Shown here piece after piece: positions 1-8,982 of a stretch of DNA of 64,000 bases. The stretch is from a virus. Taxonomy: Duplodnaviria; Caudoviricetes. Location of the stretch: IMG/VR virus record IMGVR_UViG_3300042361_000498, one strand, 5' to 3'. The position numbers and the translations under genes were made by a program. How positions within the stretch are numbered: position 1 is the stretch's first letter; every line of letters begins with the position of its first letter. The notes beneath the pieces were generated by a model. That model ran no database searches. It saw only the letters and a list, made by a program, of their open reading frames with translations, and was not told the origin of the DNA.

Positions 1-1
1 A

Positions 2-421
2 CATTTTTTAGATGATGTATTAGATAAACATAACATTCCTAAACGTGCAATCTCTTTAATGTGGAATCAACGTAGTTGTGATACATTTTTGGGATTACCT
101 TTTAACATAGCATCTTATGCATTACTATTAGAGATTATTGCGAAAGAAGTAAATATGGTGCCGGAAGATTTGATTGGTAATTTGGGAGATGTACATTTAT
201 ATAAAAACCATATCGAACAAGCCAAAGAACAAATCAGTAGAGAACCTTATAGTTTACCAAAAGTTGAAATCACCGAAAGGAATTGGTATCAGCACGAAAA
301 AGTAAAAGAGAATTTAGGACCAAAAACATTTAGAGATATAATACTATCTTATAGACCTGATTGTTTTGAATTAATAGGTTACGAATCACATCCAAAAATT
401 AAAGCACCATTATCAAATTAA
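2..421 (+). CDS. thyA: Thymidylate synthase, C-terminal part (5' end outside window)
   Basis: Frame open from position 2 (HFLDDVLDKHNIPKRAISLMWNQRSCDTFLGLPFNIASYALL...LGDVHLYKNH...YESHPKIKAPLSN): canonical ThyA QRS-D-LGLPFN and GD-H-Y motifs. Confidence 0.93.
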   Translation, partial: HFLDDVLDKHNIPKRAISLMWNQRSCDTFLGLPFNIASYALLLEIIAKEVNMVPEDLIGNLGDVHLYKNHIEQAKEQISREPYSLPKVEITERNWYQHEKVKENLGPKTFRDIILSYRPDCFELIGYESHPKIKAPLSN

Positions 422-432
422 AAAATAATAAT

Positions 433-1005
433 ATGAAAATTAAAAAAATTGAGCAATCGCCTGTTACAAAAGAAGATATTGCAAAGTATAAAGAATTGGT
501 ACAACATAGAGAAGGTATGATGCATACTGCTAATGATGTTGGAATGAATAAAAGAATTGTTACCTTTAGACCCGATACAAAAGATACCGAACTTACATTA
601 GTAAATCCTCGTATTGTAGAAGGTTCGGATAACGCAGTTGTTTATTTTGAAAAGGATAACTACAAAGATAAAATCCGCAAGACTGTTCGATTATCACATT
701 TAGTTATTGAAACTGATAATTTGGGTAAGATGGAATTCAAATCAGATAAAACAAATTGGAAAAACGCCGATGAGTTTATGGAAGATGCTGGTTTATTTGA
801 ATCGGTTCATATTCAAAAACTAATTGATGCTATTGATGGTATTGAATTAACACATCCATCTCGTCAATACAAAGAGACTGTGAGTGTAAAAACAAAGTTG
901 GGAAGAAACGAAAGAGTTATGTTACAATCACCGGAAGGTGAGATGGCATTTGTGAAAGCAAAACAAGCTGATTCATATTACCAAATGGGATATAGAGCAA
1001 TTTAA
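433..1005 (+). CDS. Peptide deformylase-fold protein with all catalytic motifs degenerate
   Basis: GMMHTANDVG / LVNPRIV / EKDNY / QKLIDAIDGI align by eye to PDF GIGLAAPQVG / LINP / EGCLS / QHEIDHLNGI, but the Cys and HExxH ligands are absent. Confidence 0.65.
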   Translation: MKIKKIEQSPVTKEDIAKYKELVQHREGMMHTANDVGMNKRIVTFRPDTKDTELTLVNPRIVEGSDNAVVYFEKDNYKDKIRKTVRLSHLVIETDNLGKMEFKSDKTNWKNADEFMEDAGLFESVHIQKLIDAIDGIELTHPSRQYKETVSVKTKLGRNERVMLQSPEGEMAFVKAKQADSYYQMGYRAI

Positions 1006-1008
1006 TTT

Positions 1009-1269
1009 ATGGCAAAGTTAATATTTAATATAGATAACGATAACTTCAGAGAAGCATCTAACATAGAACTTATTGTGCCCGATGATATGGATATTTGGGA
1101 ATACAAAATAATGTGTACCCGATTAGCCGCAGCAATGGGATATACCGAATCAACTATCAAAAGAGCATTCGGAGAAGAGAAATACAATCACACCGAAGAT
1201 GAGTTACGAATCAGAGAATTTTTAGAAATAATCAATGTTTACACCGGTTCACTAATAAACACAATATAA
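1009..1269 (+). CDS. Hypothetical protein (86 aa)
   Basis: ATG, tight spacing with neighbours, stop/start overlap at 1269. Confidence 0.75.
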   Translation: MAKLIFNIDNDNFREASNIELIVPDDMDIWEYKIMCTRLAAAMGYTESTIKRAFGEEKYNHTEDELRIREFLEIINVYTGSLINTI

Positions 1270-1514
1270 TGAACGAATTAGAAAGACAAATTTTATCATC
1301 ACAAATTTTAGTAGAATCGTTGGCAGATATACTAATCCAAAAAGGAATTATGACTCAAGTTGAAATTCAAAAGTTATGTCAAGAAAGAGTTGATTCACTA
1401 ACTTCCGAATTAAAGAAGGAACAAAAGAAGCAAGTAAAGAAAACAAAAACAAAACAATCCGATTCGGAGATACTTACAACTATGTTTATGGGTAATCAAA
1501 TTGGGGAAGCATAA
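1269..1514 (+). CDS. Hypothetical protein (81 aa)
   Basis: TAATG overlap with the upstream gene; helical, Lys-rich C-terminus. Confidence 0.75.
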   Translation: MNELERQILSSQILVESLADILIQKGIMTQVEIQKLCQERVDSLTSELKKEQKKQVKKTKTKQSDSEILTTMFMGNQIGEA

Positions 1515-1529
1515 AAACTTTCCCAATAA

Positions 1530-1561
1530 TTTGGTTTATTCGAAATAATGTTGTATCTTTG
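1530..1561 (+). promoter_or_regulatory. Bacteroidota-type housekeeping-sigma promoter (-33 TTTG, -7 TAnnTTTG)
   Basis: TTTG 1530-1533, 20-nt spacer, TATCTTTG 1554-1561, 21 nt before the ATG at 1583. Confidence 0.7.
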
Positions 1562-1582
1562 TAAGATATAAACAAATAAATT

Positions 1583-1849
1583 ATGATATTGTTATATACA
1601 ATCCTAACAATCTCCATTATTTTTAATATTATTCTTTTTATAAGAGGTATGATATTGGTGAAACAAAACGAAGAACTAGCTGATGCAATTTTAGAAGCTG
1701 ATGATGTAGTTGAAGAATCACAAACAACATTGGAGAAAATGTTAGATGAGATGAGAGCCTTAGATATAAAAGGTTCTTTCGAAGCAGATGATGAAGTAGG
1801 AGCGGTTTTTACCGAACTTAAAAACCTCATCGAAAAATATAAAAACTAA
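1583..1849 (+). CDS. Membrane-anchored hypothetical protein
   Basis: N-terminal hydrophobic helix (ILLYTILTISIIFNIILFI) followed by an acidic coiled coil. Confidence 0.75.
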   Translation: MILLYTILTISIIFNIILFIRGMILVKQNEELADAILEADDVVEESQTTLEKMLDEMRALDIKGSFEADDEVGAVFTELKNLIEKYKN

Positions 1850-1857
1850 TCTAACTA

Positions 1858-2607
1858 ATGCCAAGAAAGAAAAAAAGTAAAATATACTTTTCGCAAGATA
1901 CCGAAAACGCAATTATAGAGTATAATAAATCAAAAGATTATGTAAAGAGAAATAGGATATATGTGGAAAGTATTCAGTATCCTTTTGAAAAATTAGCAGA
2001 AAATATTCTAAACACATTTAAGTTCACATACTTTGATGTACCTAAAGCAGATGTTCAGAGAGAGGTGGTATCTACTCTAATTGAAAAGATACACATGTTT
2101 AAAGAAGGTAGAGGTAAAGCATTCTCTTACTTCAGTATTGTTGCTAAGAACCACTTAATCTTAAAGAACAACGGAAACTATAAGAGGTTTAAGAAAACTG
2201 CTCTACTATCCGAAATGCCGGAAACTTGGAATCCACCAAATGATTTTGAAGAAGTACAAACCGGTGCGGAGTTTATGGAGTTCAGAGATTTAATGTTGGC
2301 GTATTGGGATAAACATCTAACAAGAGTATTTACAAAGAAAAGAGATATCCAAATTGCAGATGCGGTATTAGAACTATTCCGTAGAAGTCAATACATCGAA
2401 AACTTTAATAAGAAACATCTATATCTCCTTATTAGAGAAATGACAGATTGTAAGACACACTACATTACAAAAGTGGTAAACGAAATGAAGAAACATCAGA
2501 CAAAGATGTTAAATGATTACTTAGACCACGGATATGTAAAGGATGAGAATAACGATTTTTGGGAAGAGGAATACTTATATGAAACGGAACAAATAGACGA
2601 AGATTAA
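1858..2607 (+). CDS. Sigma-factor-like protein, probable T4 gp55-type late sigma
   Basis: EKLAENILNTFKFTYFD...EVVSTLIEKIHMFKEGRGKAFSYFSIVAKNHLI resembles sigma region 2 of gp55 (NPFAYFTQII-type motif); acidic C-terminal tail. Confidence 0.6.
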   Translation: MPRKKKSKIYFSQDTENAIIEYNKSKDYVKRNRIYVESIQYPFEKLAENILNTFKFTYFDVPKADVQREVVSTLIEKIHMFKEGRGKAFSYFSIVAKNHLILKNNGNYKRFKKTALLSEMPETWNPPNDFEEVQTGAEFMEFRDLMLAYWDKHLTRVFTKKRDIQIADAVLELFRRSQYIENFNKKHLYLLIREMTDCKTHYITKVVNEMKKHQTKMLNDYLDHGYVKDENNDFWEEEYLYETEQIDED

Positions 2608-2609
2608 AA

Positions 2610-2981
2610 ATGGAAGATATAGCATCAATGTTTTTTCATAGTAGAACACAAGCTCACCAATTTCATACATTGACAACTGGTGAAGGTTCATACGCAAGAC
2701 ATAAGGCATTAAAAAAATATTACGAAGAAATCGTACCATTGATTGATGGAATTATAGAAGCATATCAGGGTATGTATGGTTTAATTTCTTACAAAAAAGT
2801 TGCAGGTGTTGATAATGATGCTACTAAAGAAAACATATTAAATTATTTTGATGATTTGATTAAGTTTTTGGAAACAAAAAGAAAAGATGAAAAACTACAA
2901 GTAAGTTGGATTCAAAATGAGTTAGATAATTTGGCAAAACTCTTATACTCAACTAAATATAAACTAACTTATTTAGGATAA
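2610..2981 (+). CDS. Ferritin-like four-helix protein (DUF5856-type phage family)
   Basis: HSRTQAHQFH...SYARHKALKKYYEEIVPLIDGIIEAYQG...QNELDNLAKLLYSTKYKL pattern. Confidence 0.6.
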   Translation: MEDIASMFFHSRTQAHQFHTLTTGEGSYARHKALKKYYEEIVPLIDGIIEAYQGMYGLISYKKVAGVDNDATKENILNYFDDLIKFLETKRKDEKLQVSWIQNELDNLAKLLYSTKYKLTYLG

Positions 2982-3007
2982 TAAAAAAATAAGAAAGTAC
3001 TAAAATT

Positions 3008-3043
3008 AAGGTGTTTGATATTTATATTCGGACACCTTTTTTT
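3008..3043 (+). terminator. Hairpin plus T-tract, putative intrinsic terminator
   Basis: AAGGTGTTTGA...TCGGACACCTT stem (G-U pairs) then T run; loop contains TATTTATA. Confidence 0.5.
3018..3026 (+). promoter_or_regulatory. ATATTTATA putative late promoter
   Basis: Same 9-mer recurs upstream of many operons; here ahead of the envelope cassette. Confidence 0.5.
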
Positions 3044-3102
3044 ATGTCCTATCAATATGTTACATAGTTAAAAAATTAGACAGGGATTGTACCCTATATT
3101 TT

Positions 3103-3774
3103 ATGAAAAATAATGTAACATCAATTGGTTTAAACGTTAGTGAGTTAGGTACTAACTTTCTATTGTTCATCGTATCTTCTATTGTAGCAATAGGATTATG
3201 TACTCAAGCATATTTTATATATCTTAATGTTTCTGGTAACAACGAAACTGCTAGAAACTTATCAACTAAATTTGATGAGAAGTTTAATGGGTATTACAAA
3301 AACACACCAGGCAACATATTCTATAATGATGATGATACAATATATCATATGGAAGAAAACGAAGTGTGGGTTGACGGTGTAACTAATCAAGTTAAAATTG
3401 GTAAGTTAGCCGGAAATCGTAATTTAGAATTTGGAGTTAAAAACATATTGGAAGAGTATATTCAGGAAACCGGATTTGCTCTAACTGAAAACGCAAGTAA
3501 AAAAATTAAAGTTGAGATAATATATTTAGATGTACTCACAACAAAAAAGAACATATCGGTTTTTCATAGTAATGAAGAAGAGGTAGTTATTCGTTTACGT
3601 GGAATGTTATATAAAGATGGTAAAAAAGTGAAAGATGTTATAGTGGAGGAATCATCATCGGAAGTATCAATGTCAACGCTGATAGTAGACGGTGGTGGTA
3701 AGTTCAATCAAACTTCTTTAAGCAATGCGCTGAAGAAAGGTTCTGGTAAACTTATTACTAAACTATTTCAGTAA
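3103..3774 (+). CDS. Membrane-anchored CsgG-like protein (paralogue of 10085-10804)
   Basis: N-terminal TM helix; GVKNILEEYI and KFNQTSLSNALKK match GVANISMEYL and KFNQSTIGTSTKK in the 10085 protein. Confidence 0.5.
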   Translation: MKNNVTSIGLNVSELGTNFLLFIVSSIVAIGLCTQAYFIYLNVSGNNETARNLSTKFDEKFNGYYKNTPGNIFYNDDDTIYHMEENEVWVDGVTNQVKIGKLAGNRNLEFGVKNILEEYIQETGFALTENASKKIKVEIIYLDVLTTKKNISVFHSNEEEVVIRLRGMLYKDGKKVKDVIVEESSSEVSMSTLIVDGGGKFNQTSLSNALKKGSGKLITKLFQ

Positions 3775-5400
3775 ATGAAAAATTTCTTATTGGCTGTGGT
3801 ACTTTCATTGGTATCACTTACATCTTTTGGTCAATTGATTATTAACCAAGAGGTAGTAAACTCAAAACCTTATAGAGTTGGTGATACACTAACTATAAGA
3901 TATAACATTATCAAAGGAACTACAAACCCTAGATACCTTTGGATGCGTTATCAATACTCAAACAAACACTTACAAAAATTAGGTCAAACTGTATTCTCAC
4001 AAGGACAAACTGCTCAAAACTTTGAAGCAACTTGGCCAAATTATATGTTTGGTCAAAATCCTACAATCGGAGTTGGTGAATTGGATAAACAATATGGTTC
4101 AACACCTTGGAACTATACCGCAAACAATGATTGGATAGCAAAGCAATTTACAACCCAAAGAGCGGATGCGGTAATTGATGGATTATGGGCAACTGAAAAG
4201 TATATCTTATTAGAAAATACATCTTATCAAGCAATACACAAATTGGATTTAGCAACTGCAACTGGAACAAACGATGCGGCAATCACACCAATTGGTTCTC
4301 AAGTTCTTCAATTATCATTTGCTACTGGAGATGTAAAATACGTTGCGGCATTTAGAGTAAAAGTTGGGTATCCATCCGGATTTAACCCTACATCATTATC
4401 TGTTTTAATTCAACCATTGAATACAGATGGAACTACTAATTTTACTGCTCCACAAATAGCAAAGAAAGCATTAAACTCAGCAGGAATTGCAGATTTTGAA
4501 CAATTTAACATTGGTGATAAGTTTGGAGTATATATTGTTCCAACTACTGGAGCAGATTACCTAAACAATGTGGTAACTGTTACGGATGCTTATAGAGCAT
4601 TCTTAGCAGTAACCGATGTTGGATTAAATGGAACATCATCAGTATTCCAGTATCCTGCAATTGAAAAGGTGATTGGTAATGTAACAATTGGTGATGGTGA
4701 TTTTAATACAAATGATGCTTATTATTTATTTGCACACATTTTAGGACAAGATGTTGCTTCAAAGGCAAATATAACAAGACAAGCGGCAAATCCATTACAA
4801 TTTATATCGGTAAAACAATCGGCATTTCCAAACTTTGCAGCTGCGGCAACTAACAATTCTGTTACTATTGCATCGGCAAATCAAACAGAATTGTTCTCTT
4901 ATGCGTTTAGTGGTGATTTGGATTTCTCTCACTCATCTAACCCTGGTAACCCAATAACGGCAAATAGTGTAGGTGGACAAGGAACAATGAATAGAACGAT
5001 AGCTAACACAGGTATCTACGCAAATCAAGTTACTAAAACTGCAACATTAAGTTTATCATCTAAAATTGAAAACAACAAAGTTATCCTAAGTGGTAACTTA
5101 ACACAAGAAGGATTGGCAGGTTTGGAAGTTATTTTGAAATACGATGACTCTAAATTAACTTTGGATGGTATTGTATTTGATGCTGGTTCAACTGTAACTA
5201 ACTTCTCAACTAACAAAGATGGTAGATTAACATTTGGTTCTATGGACCAAATTAAAACTGGTAGAATTAAAACTGGTACACCATACAAATTAACTTTCAC
5301 ATCTAATGTTCCTTTAACAAATACCGCTGGTTTATTCTATACTGAATTAGCAGATGCAGTTGATGGAAAAGGAAATAAGATTGGATTAAATGTAGAGTAA
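3775..5400 (+). CDS. Secreted protein with dockerin-like and C-terminal cohesin-like domains
   Basis: Sec signal peptide; duplicated dockerin-like helices TVTDAYRAFLAV and GDGDFNTNDAYYLFAHILG; cohesin-like GLAGLEVILKYDDSKLTL...LTFGSMD; possible second cohesin at the N-terminus (VGDTLTIRY...YQYSNKHL). Confidence 0.6.
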   Translation: MKNFLLAVVLSLVSLTSFGQLIINQEVVNSKPYRVGDTLTIRYNIIKGTTNPRYLWMRYQYSNKHLQKLGQTVFSQGQTAQNFEATWPNYMFGQNPTIGVGELDKQYGSTPWNYTANNDWIAKQFTTQRADAVIDGLWATEKYILLENTSYQAIHKLDLATATGTNDAAITPIGSQVLQLSFATGDVKYVAAFRVKVGYPSGFNPTSLSVLIQPLNTDGTTNFTAPQIAKKALNSAGIADFEQFNIGDKFGVYIVPTTGADYLNNVVTVTDAYRAFLAVTDVGLNGTSSVFQYPAIEKVIGNVTIGDGDFNTNDAYYLFAHILGQDVASKANITRQAANPLQFISVKQSAFPNFAAAATNNSVTIASANQTELFSYAFSGDLDFSHSSNPGNPITANSVGGQGTMNRTIANTGIYANQVTKTATLSLSSKIENNKVILSGNLTQEGLAGLEVILKYDDSKLTLDGIVFDAGSTVTNFSTNKDGRLTFGSMDQIKTGRIKTGTPYKLTFTSNVPLTNTAGLFYTELADAVDGKGNKIGLNVE

Positions 5401-7334
5401 TGAGAAAACTACTTGTTGTAATATTAATATTATTATCCAGTAGTATATCCATAGCACAATCCATTACACAACCGCTCTCTAAAAAGTTTGAATTAAACGT
5501 AAGTGGGCAGGCGTGTAGTGGATTTGTTTTGAATGGGTTTACTTCTACTGATATTTTATTGGCATCAATAGGGTTTATCAATCCACCCGCGGGTACAACA
5601 TTTAACATAACCACAACAACTGGTTTAACACCAGCATCTGGATTTACTTTAACTGGTAATAAAGCTAGATTAGTATTTACAGGTACACAAGCAAACATAA
5701 ATGCAGCATTAGCAACGTTAAGAATAAATACAGGTACAACTGCTGGTAGTGTTCAGATATCGGTATCGGCAACTGTAAATCCACCAGGATATTATTATAA
5801 TCCAATCAATGGACACTTTTATTTACCAGTAACTCCGGGAGCATCTTATACGGCAGCTAGAGCAGCATCTCTATTAACTACATTTAAAGGTCAAACGGGA
5901 TATTTGGTAACGATTACTTCTGCCGATGAAAATGCATTTATATTTGCTAATGTACCACAAGCTAATATATGGTTTGCGGCAACGGATGAAGTTAAAGATG
6001 GAACTTGGGTAATTGATGCTGGGCCTGAAAAGGGAACGATAATGAAAACATCAAATGGACAATTTACAGGAAACGTTTCGGATGTGTATAATAACTGGGC
6101 ACCTGGTGAACCAAATGGAAATAATGGTAGCGAAAATTATGCGGTAACAAATTGGAATGGACAATCAACTTGGAACGATTTATCAAATAATTGGACTAAT
6201 CCATACATAATTGAATATGGAACTTGGACTAACCCTAGTGCACAAACATTTACAAACTTCTTTTCGGCAAACGTAATAAACCCAATAGATGTACCAACCT
6301 CAAAGGTTAATTTTTATTTTGGTGGTGGTATAAATCCAGCACAATGGACAGTAAAAAGCTATACTGCAAATGGTACAACTGCTGTAAGTGCAACTACTGG
6401 TTTAGCTTTGGGAGCAAATGGTAGTGTAAATAACATTAGTGATTTTAACAAAACTAAAACGGATATGGTAATGTACCTATCCAAATTACCATCTACTACA
6501 TTATCTAATTTGTATGGAAGTGTATTAACTGTGGGAGATGCTTATTTAGCATTTCAAGAGTTAGCAAATAGAGGATTAAGTGGAACTGAAAGTAATACTT
6601 TTACAAGTGGAGTACAATTCTTAAACGCAGATGTGGATGGTAATAATATATTTAACGAATTGGATTCATATAGAATATTACAACACGTTATAGGTGGTAC
6701 ACCAATAGTTTCAACTTGGAGTGAAGATAATTTATTTAGGTTAATAAATAAAACTACATTTGATGGGATAACCAAAGCAAATTGGGCAACTATAAATGTA
6801 CCATACAAAGCAAACTATCCATTGGCAGTTGATGCTGGTATAAGTGATTATGTTTATAATGTGGTTGTTGCACCAAAGGGGGATGTAAACCTTTCACATA
6901 CAATAGCACAAAATAGACCGGCAACTCAAAGTACAAATCGTACAATGAATTTAAGTATGCCTATGGAAGTATCAACCTATGTATCAAGCGAAATAGTGGA
7001 TGGTAAGGTAGTAGTAACTATAAAAGTTAATACATTGGGGCAATTGGTAAAAGGGATTCAATTAAAGTTAAACTATGATAGTGATATTTTAAAATATGAA
7101 AATACCGAATATACAACTTCTGGTAATCCTTTAAACTTTTCAAATGATATTGGCAACTGCATAAGTTTTGGTTCTTTAATTTATAATAGTAATGGTTTAT
7201 TAAACAATAATACGGAATACAAATTAACATTTACACCAAAAGAAGTCATAACTAATACAATTGGTTTAACATCAATTGAGGGAATTGATGCGGTGAATGT
7301 GAGTGGTTCAACTCTTAAAATTAAAAACTTATAA
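5400..7334 (+). CDS. Secreted adhesin-like protein: cadherin-like + C-type lectin + dockerin-like + cohesin-like
   Basis: Signal peptide; LVFTGTQANINAALATL; NGHFY...GYLVTITSADENAFI...NNWAPGEPN...WNDL (C-type lectin); TVGDAYLAF...ADVDGNNIFNELDSYRILQHVIG; VKGIQLKLNYDSDILKYE. Confidence 0.7.
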   Translation: MRKLLVVILILLSSSISIAQSITQPLSKKFELNVSGQACSGFVLNGFTSTDILLASIGFINPPAGTTFNITTTTGLTPASGFTLTGNKARLVFTGTQANINAALATLRINTGTTAGSVQISVSATVNPPGYYYNPINGHFYLPVTPGASYTAARAASLLTTFKGQTGYLVTITSADENAFIFANVPQANIWFAATDEVKDGTWVIDAGPEKGTIMKTSNGQFTGNVSDVYNNWAPGEPNGNNGSENYAVTNWNGQSTWNDLSNNWTNPYIIEYGTWTNPSAQTFTNFFSANVINPIDVPTSKVNFYFGGGINPAQWTVKSYTANGTTAVSATTGLALGANGSVNNISDFNKTKTDMVMYLSKLPSTTLSNLYGSVLTVGDAYLAFQELANRGLSGTESNTFTSGVQFLNADVDGNNIFNELDSYRILQHVIGGTPIVSTWSEDNLFRLINKTTFDGITKANWATINVPYKANYPLAVDAGISDYVYNVVVAPKGDVNLSHTIAQNRPATQSTNRTMNLSMPMEVSTYVSSEIVDGKVVVTIKVNTLGQLVKGIQLKLNYDSDILKYENTEYTTSGNPLNFSNDIGNCISFGSLIYNSNGLLNNNTEYKLTFTPKEVITNTIGLTSIEGIDAVNVSGSTLKIKNL

Positions 7335-8233
7335 TGAAAAAGTTTATAATTACTCTTATCTTTATACTTACAGTACAAATGTGGGGATATTCTCAAACTG
7401 TATCAATACCGGATACTATGCAACTATCCGCAAAGGAATTATTTGATGAAAGTGATGATTGGAATGATTTGGGTATATTAGAATCTTATATTGATTTTTC
7501 AAAAGATGTTCTATCATCATCTAATCTATCAGTTGGTATAATTGGAAGGCAAGTATCAACTACTATAAATTTAGGATATAGTAAGTGGTCTAAAAATGGT
7601 ATGTATGGGCATTCATTTTCAACATCAATAAATCCAATATGGAAATACTATGGGTTGGGTTATGGATTTAGTAAAAATACGGATAAAAGAACAACAACTT
7701 TACAATCATTTTATTCAACCGATTTTGATTTTCAAAAAGATATTAACCTTTCATTCATAGATGTTTATAGAACTAAAAAGTGGGGAACATTTGGATATAG
7801 TTTAATAGCATCAAAAACATTTTGGGGTTCTTATGAGGGAGAATGGGAAGGAAAATATACAATAGATTCGGATGGCAACTTTTTAGATTTAATATATCCA
7901 ACTATTCCTGCATCATCTCAATTAACTTATAAAGGAATGTTGATGTACACTTATACATTTAAAACAAAGATGATTGATATATCGCCACAACTATTTGGTA
8001 TGAGTGATGTTTATGTAGATTTTAAAGATGGTACTGAATCTGATTTGGCTTATGTAAATGATTTCAATTTAGACTTGTATTATGGTACATCTTTGGATTG
8101 GAAAATAACTAAGAGATTCGTATTGAATACTAACATTAGATTTAATAAGACTTGGGATAGATTATCCGAATCCGCTGGTTATAAAAAGAGTAACCCAATA
8201 ATGTTTATGATTGGAACAAACTTTCAATTTTAA
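7334..8233 (+). CDS. Outer-membrane beta-barrel protein
   Basis: Signal peptide; alternating aromatic strands; BAM-type end FMIGTNFQF; GTSLDWKITKRF shared with the 18420 protein. Confidence 0.65.
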   Translation: MKKFIITLIFILTVQMWGYSQTVSIPDTMQLSAKELFDESDDWNDLGILESYIDFSKDVLSSSNLSVGIIGRQVSTTINLGYSKWSKNGMYGHSFSTSINPIWKYYGLGYGFSKNTDKRTTTLQSFYSTDFDFQKDINLSFIDVYRTKKWGTFGYSLIASKTFWGSYEGEWEGKYTIDSDGNFLDLIYPTIPASSQLTYKGMLMYTYTFKTKMIDISPQLFGMSDVYVDFKDGTESDLAYVNDFNLDLYYGTSLDWKITKRFVLNTNIRFNKTWDRLSESAGYKKSNPIMFMIGTNFQF

Positions 8234-8236
8234 GGT

Positions 8237-8581
8237 ATGAAGTGGAGTAAAATTATAATTTGGTGTTGTGTACTTTCTATAATATCTTGTCAAAACGAAG
8301 ATATGGTAGAGCCACAAATAATTGATATTTTTAAGGTAGAGCAATCTATGGTATCAAATAAAAGTGAAATTAGTTTTAATGTGCAAAAGGAAGGGATATA
8401 CATTGTAACTATGGTAGATAAAAATACCAATCAAGTTCTAAGTAGAGAAAAAATAAAATGTATTATAGGTAAAAATAAAATAAAGGTTTATACGAAAACA
8501 ATACCAAGTCAATATTTATATTTGACATTGGAAGATAGTTTTGATAATCAGTTAGGAAAAACAACAATAACAATAAAATAA
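8237..8581 (+). CDS. Lipoprotein consisting of a T9SS-CTD-like Ig domain
   Basis: Lipobox IIS-C then QNED; YIVTMVDKNTNQVL...IKVYTKTIPSQYLYLTL pattern. Confidence 0.55.
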   Translation: MKWSKIIIWCCVLSIISCQNEDMVEPQIIDIFKVEQSMVSNKSEISFNVQKEGIYIVTMVDKNTNQVLSREKIKCIIGKNKIKVYTKTIPSQYLYLTLEDSFDNQLGKTTITIK

Positions 8582-8583
8582 AG

Positions 8584-8955
8584 ATGAAAAAAGTATTAGG
8601 ATTATTAGCAATGATTTGCATAGTTGCAAGTTGTACCAATGAAGATTTGTTAGTACCAACAACAACGGAAGTAACTGAAAAATTACAAATAGTTGGCAAT
8701 ATGGGTATTAAAGTAGAAACTCCATTTGTAAAAAATGAAGTTGCTATGAATGTAAAAGCTGAAACTGCTGGAACATATGTAGTAAAGATATTAAACATAG
8801 CAAACAAATCAGTATCAAAAGAAGAAGTAACTATAAAAGCTGGTAACAATCTATTAAAGATTTATGCAAACGCTTTACCATCTTCAGCATATAGAATTGG
8901 TCTATTCGATTTAGAAGGAAACTTACTTGGGATAGCAGATTTTAACAAGTTATAA
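8584..8955 (+). CDS. Lipoprotein consisting of a T9SS-CTD-like Ig domain (paralogue of 8237)
   Basis: Lipobox VAS-C then TNED; ETPFVKNEVAMNV...VVKILNIANKSV...KIYANALPSSAYRIGL...FNKL parallels type A CTD YPNP...IYD..GK.V...L.SG.Y...K. Confidence 0.6.
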   Translation: MKKVLGLLAMICIVASCTNEDLLVPTTTEVTEKLQIVGNMGIKVETPFVKNEVAMNVKAETAGTYVVKILNIANKSVSKEEVTIKAGNNLLKIYANALPSSAYRIGLFDLEGNLLGIADFNKL

Positions 8956-8982
8956 TTAAAACAAATATAAATAAAGAATAAA

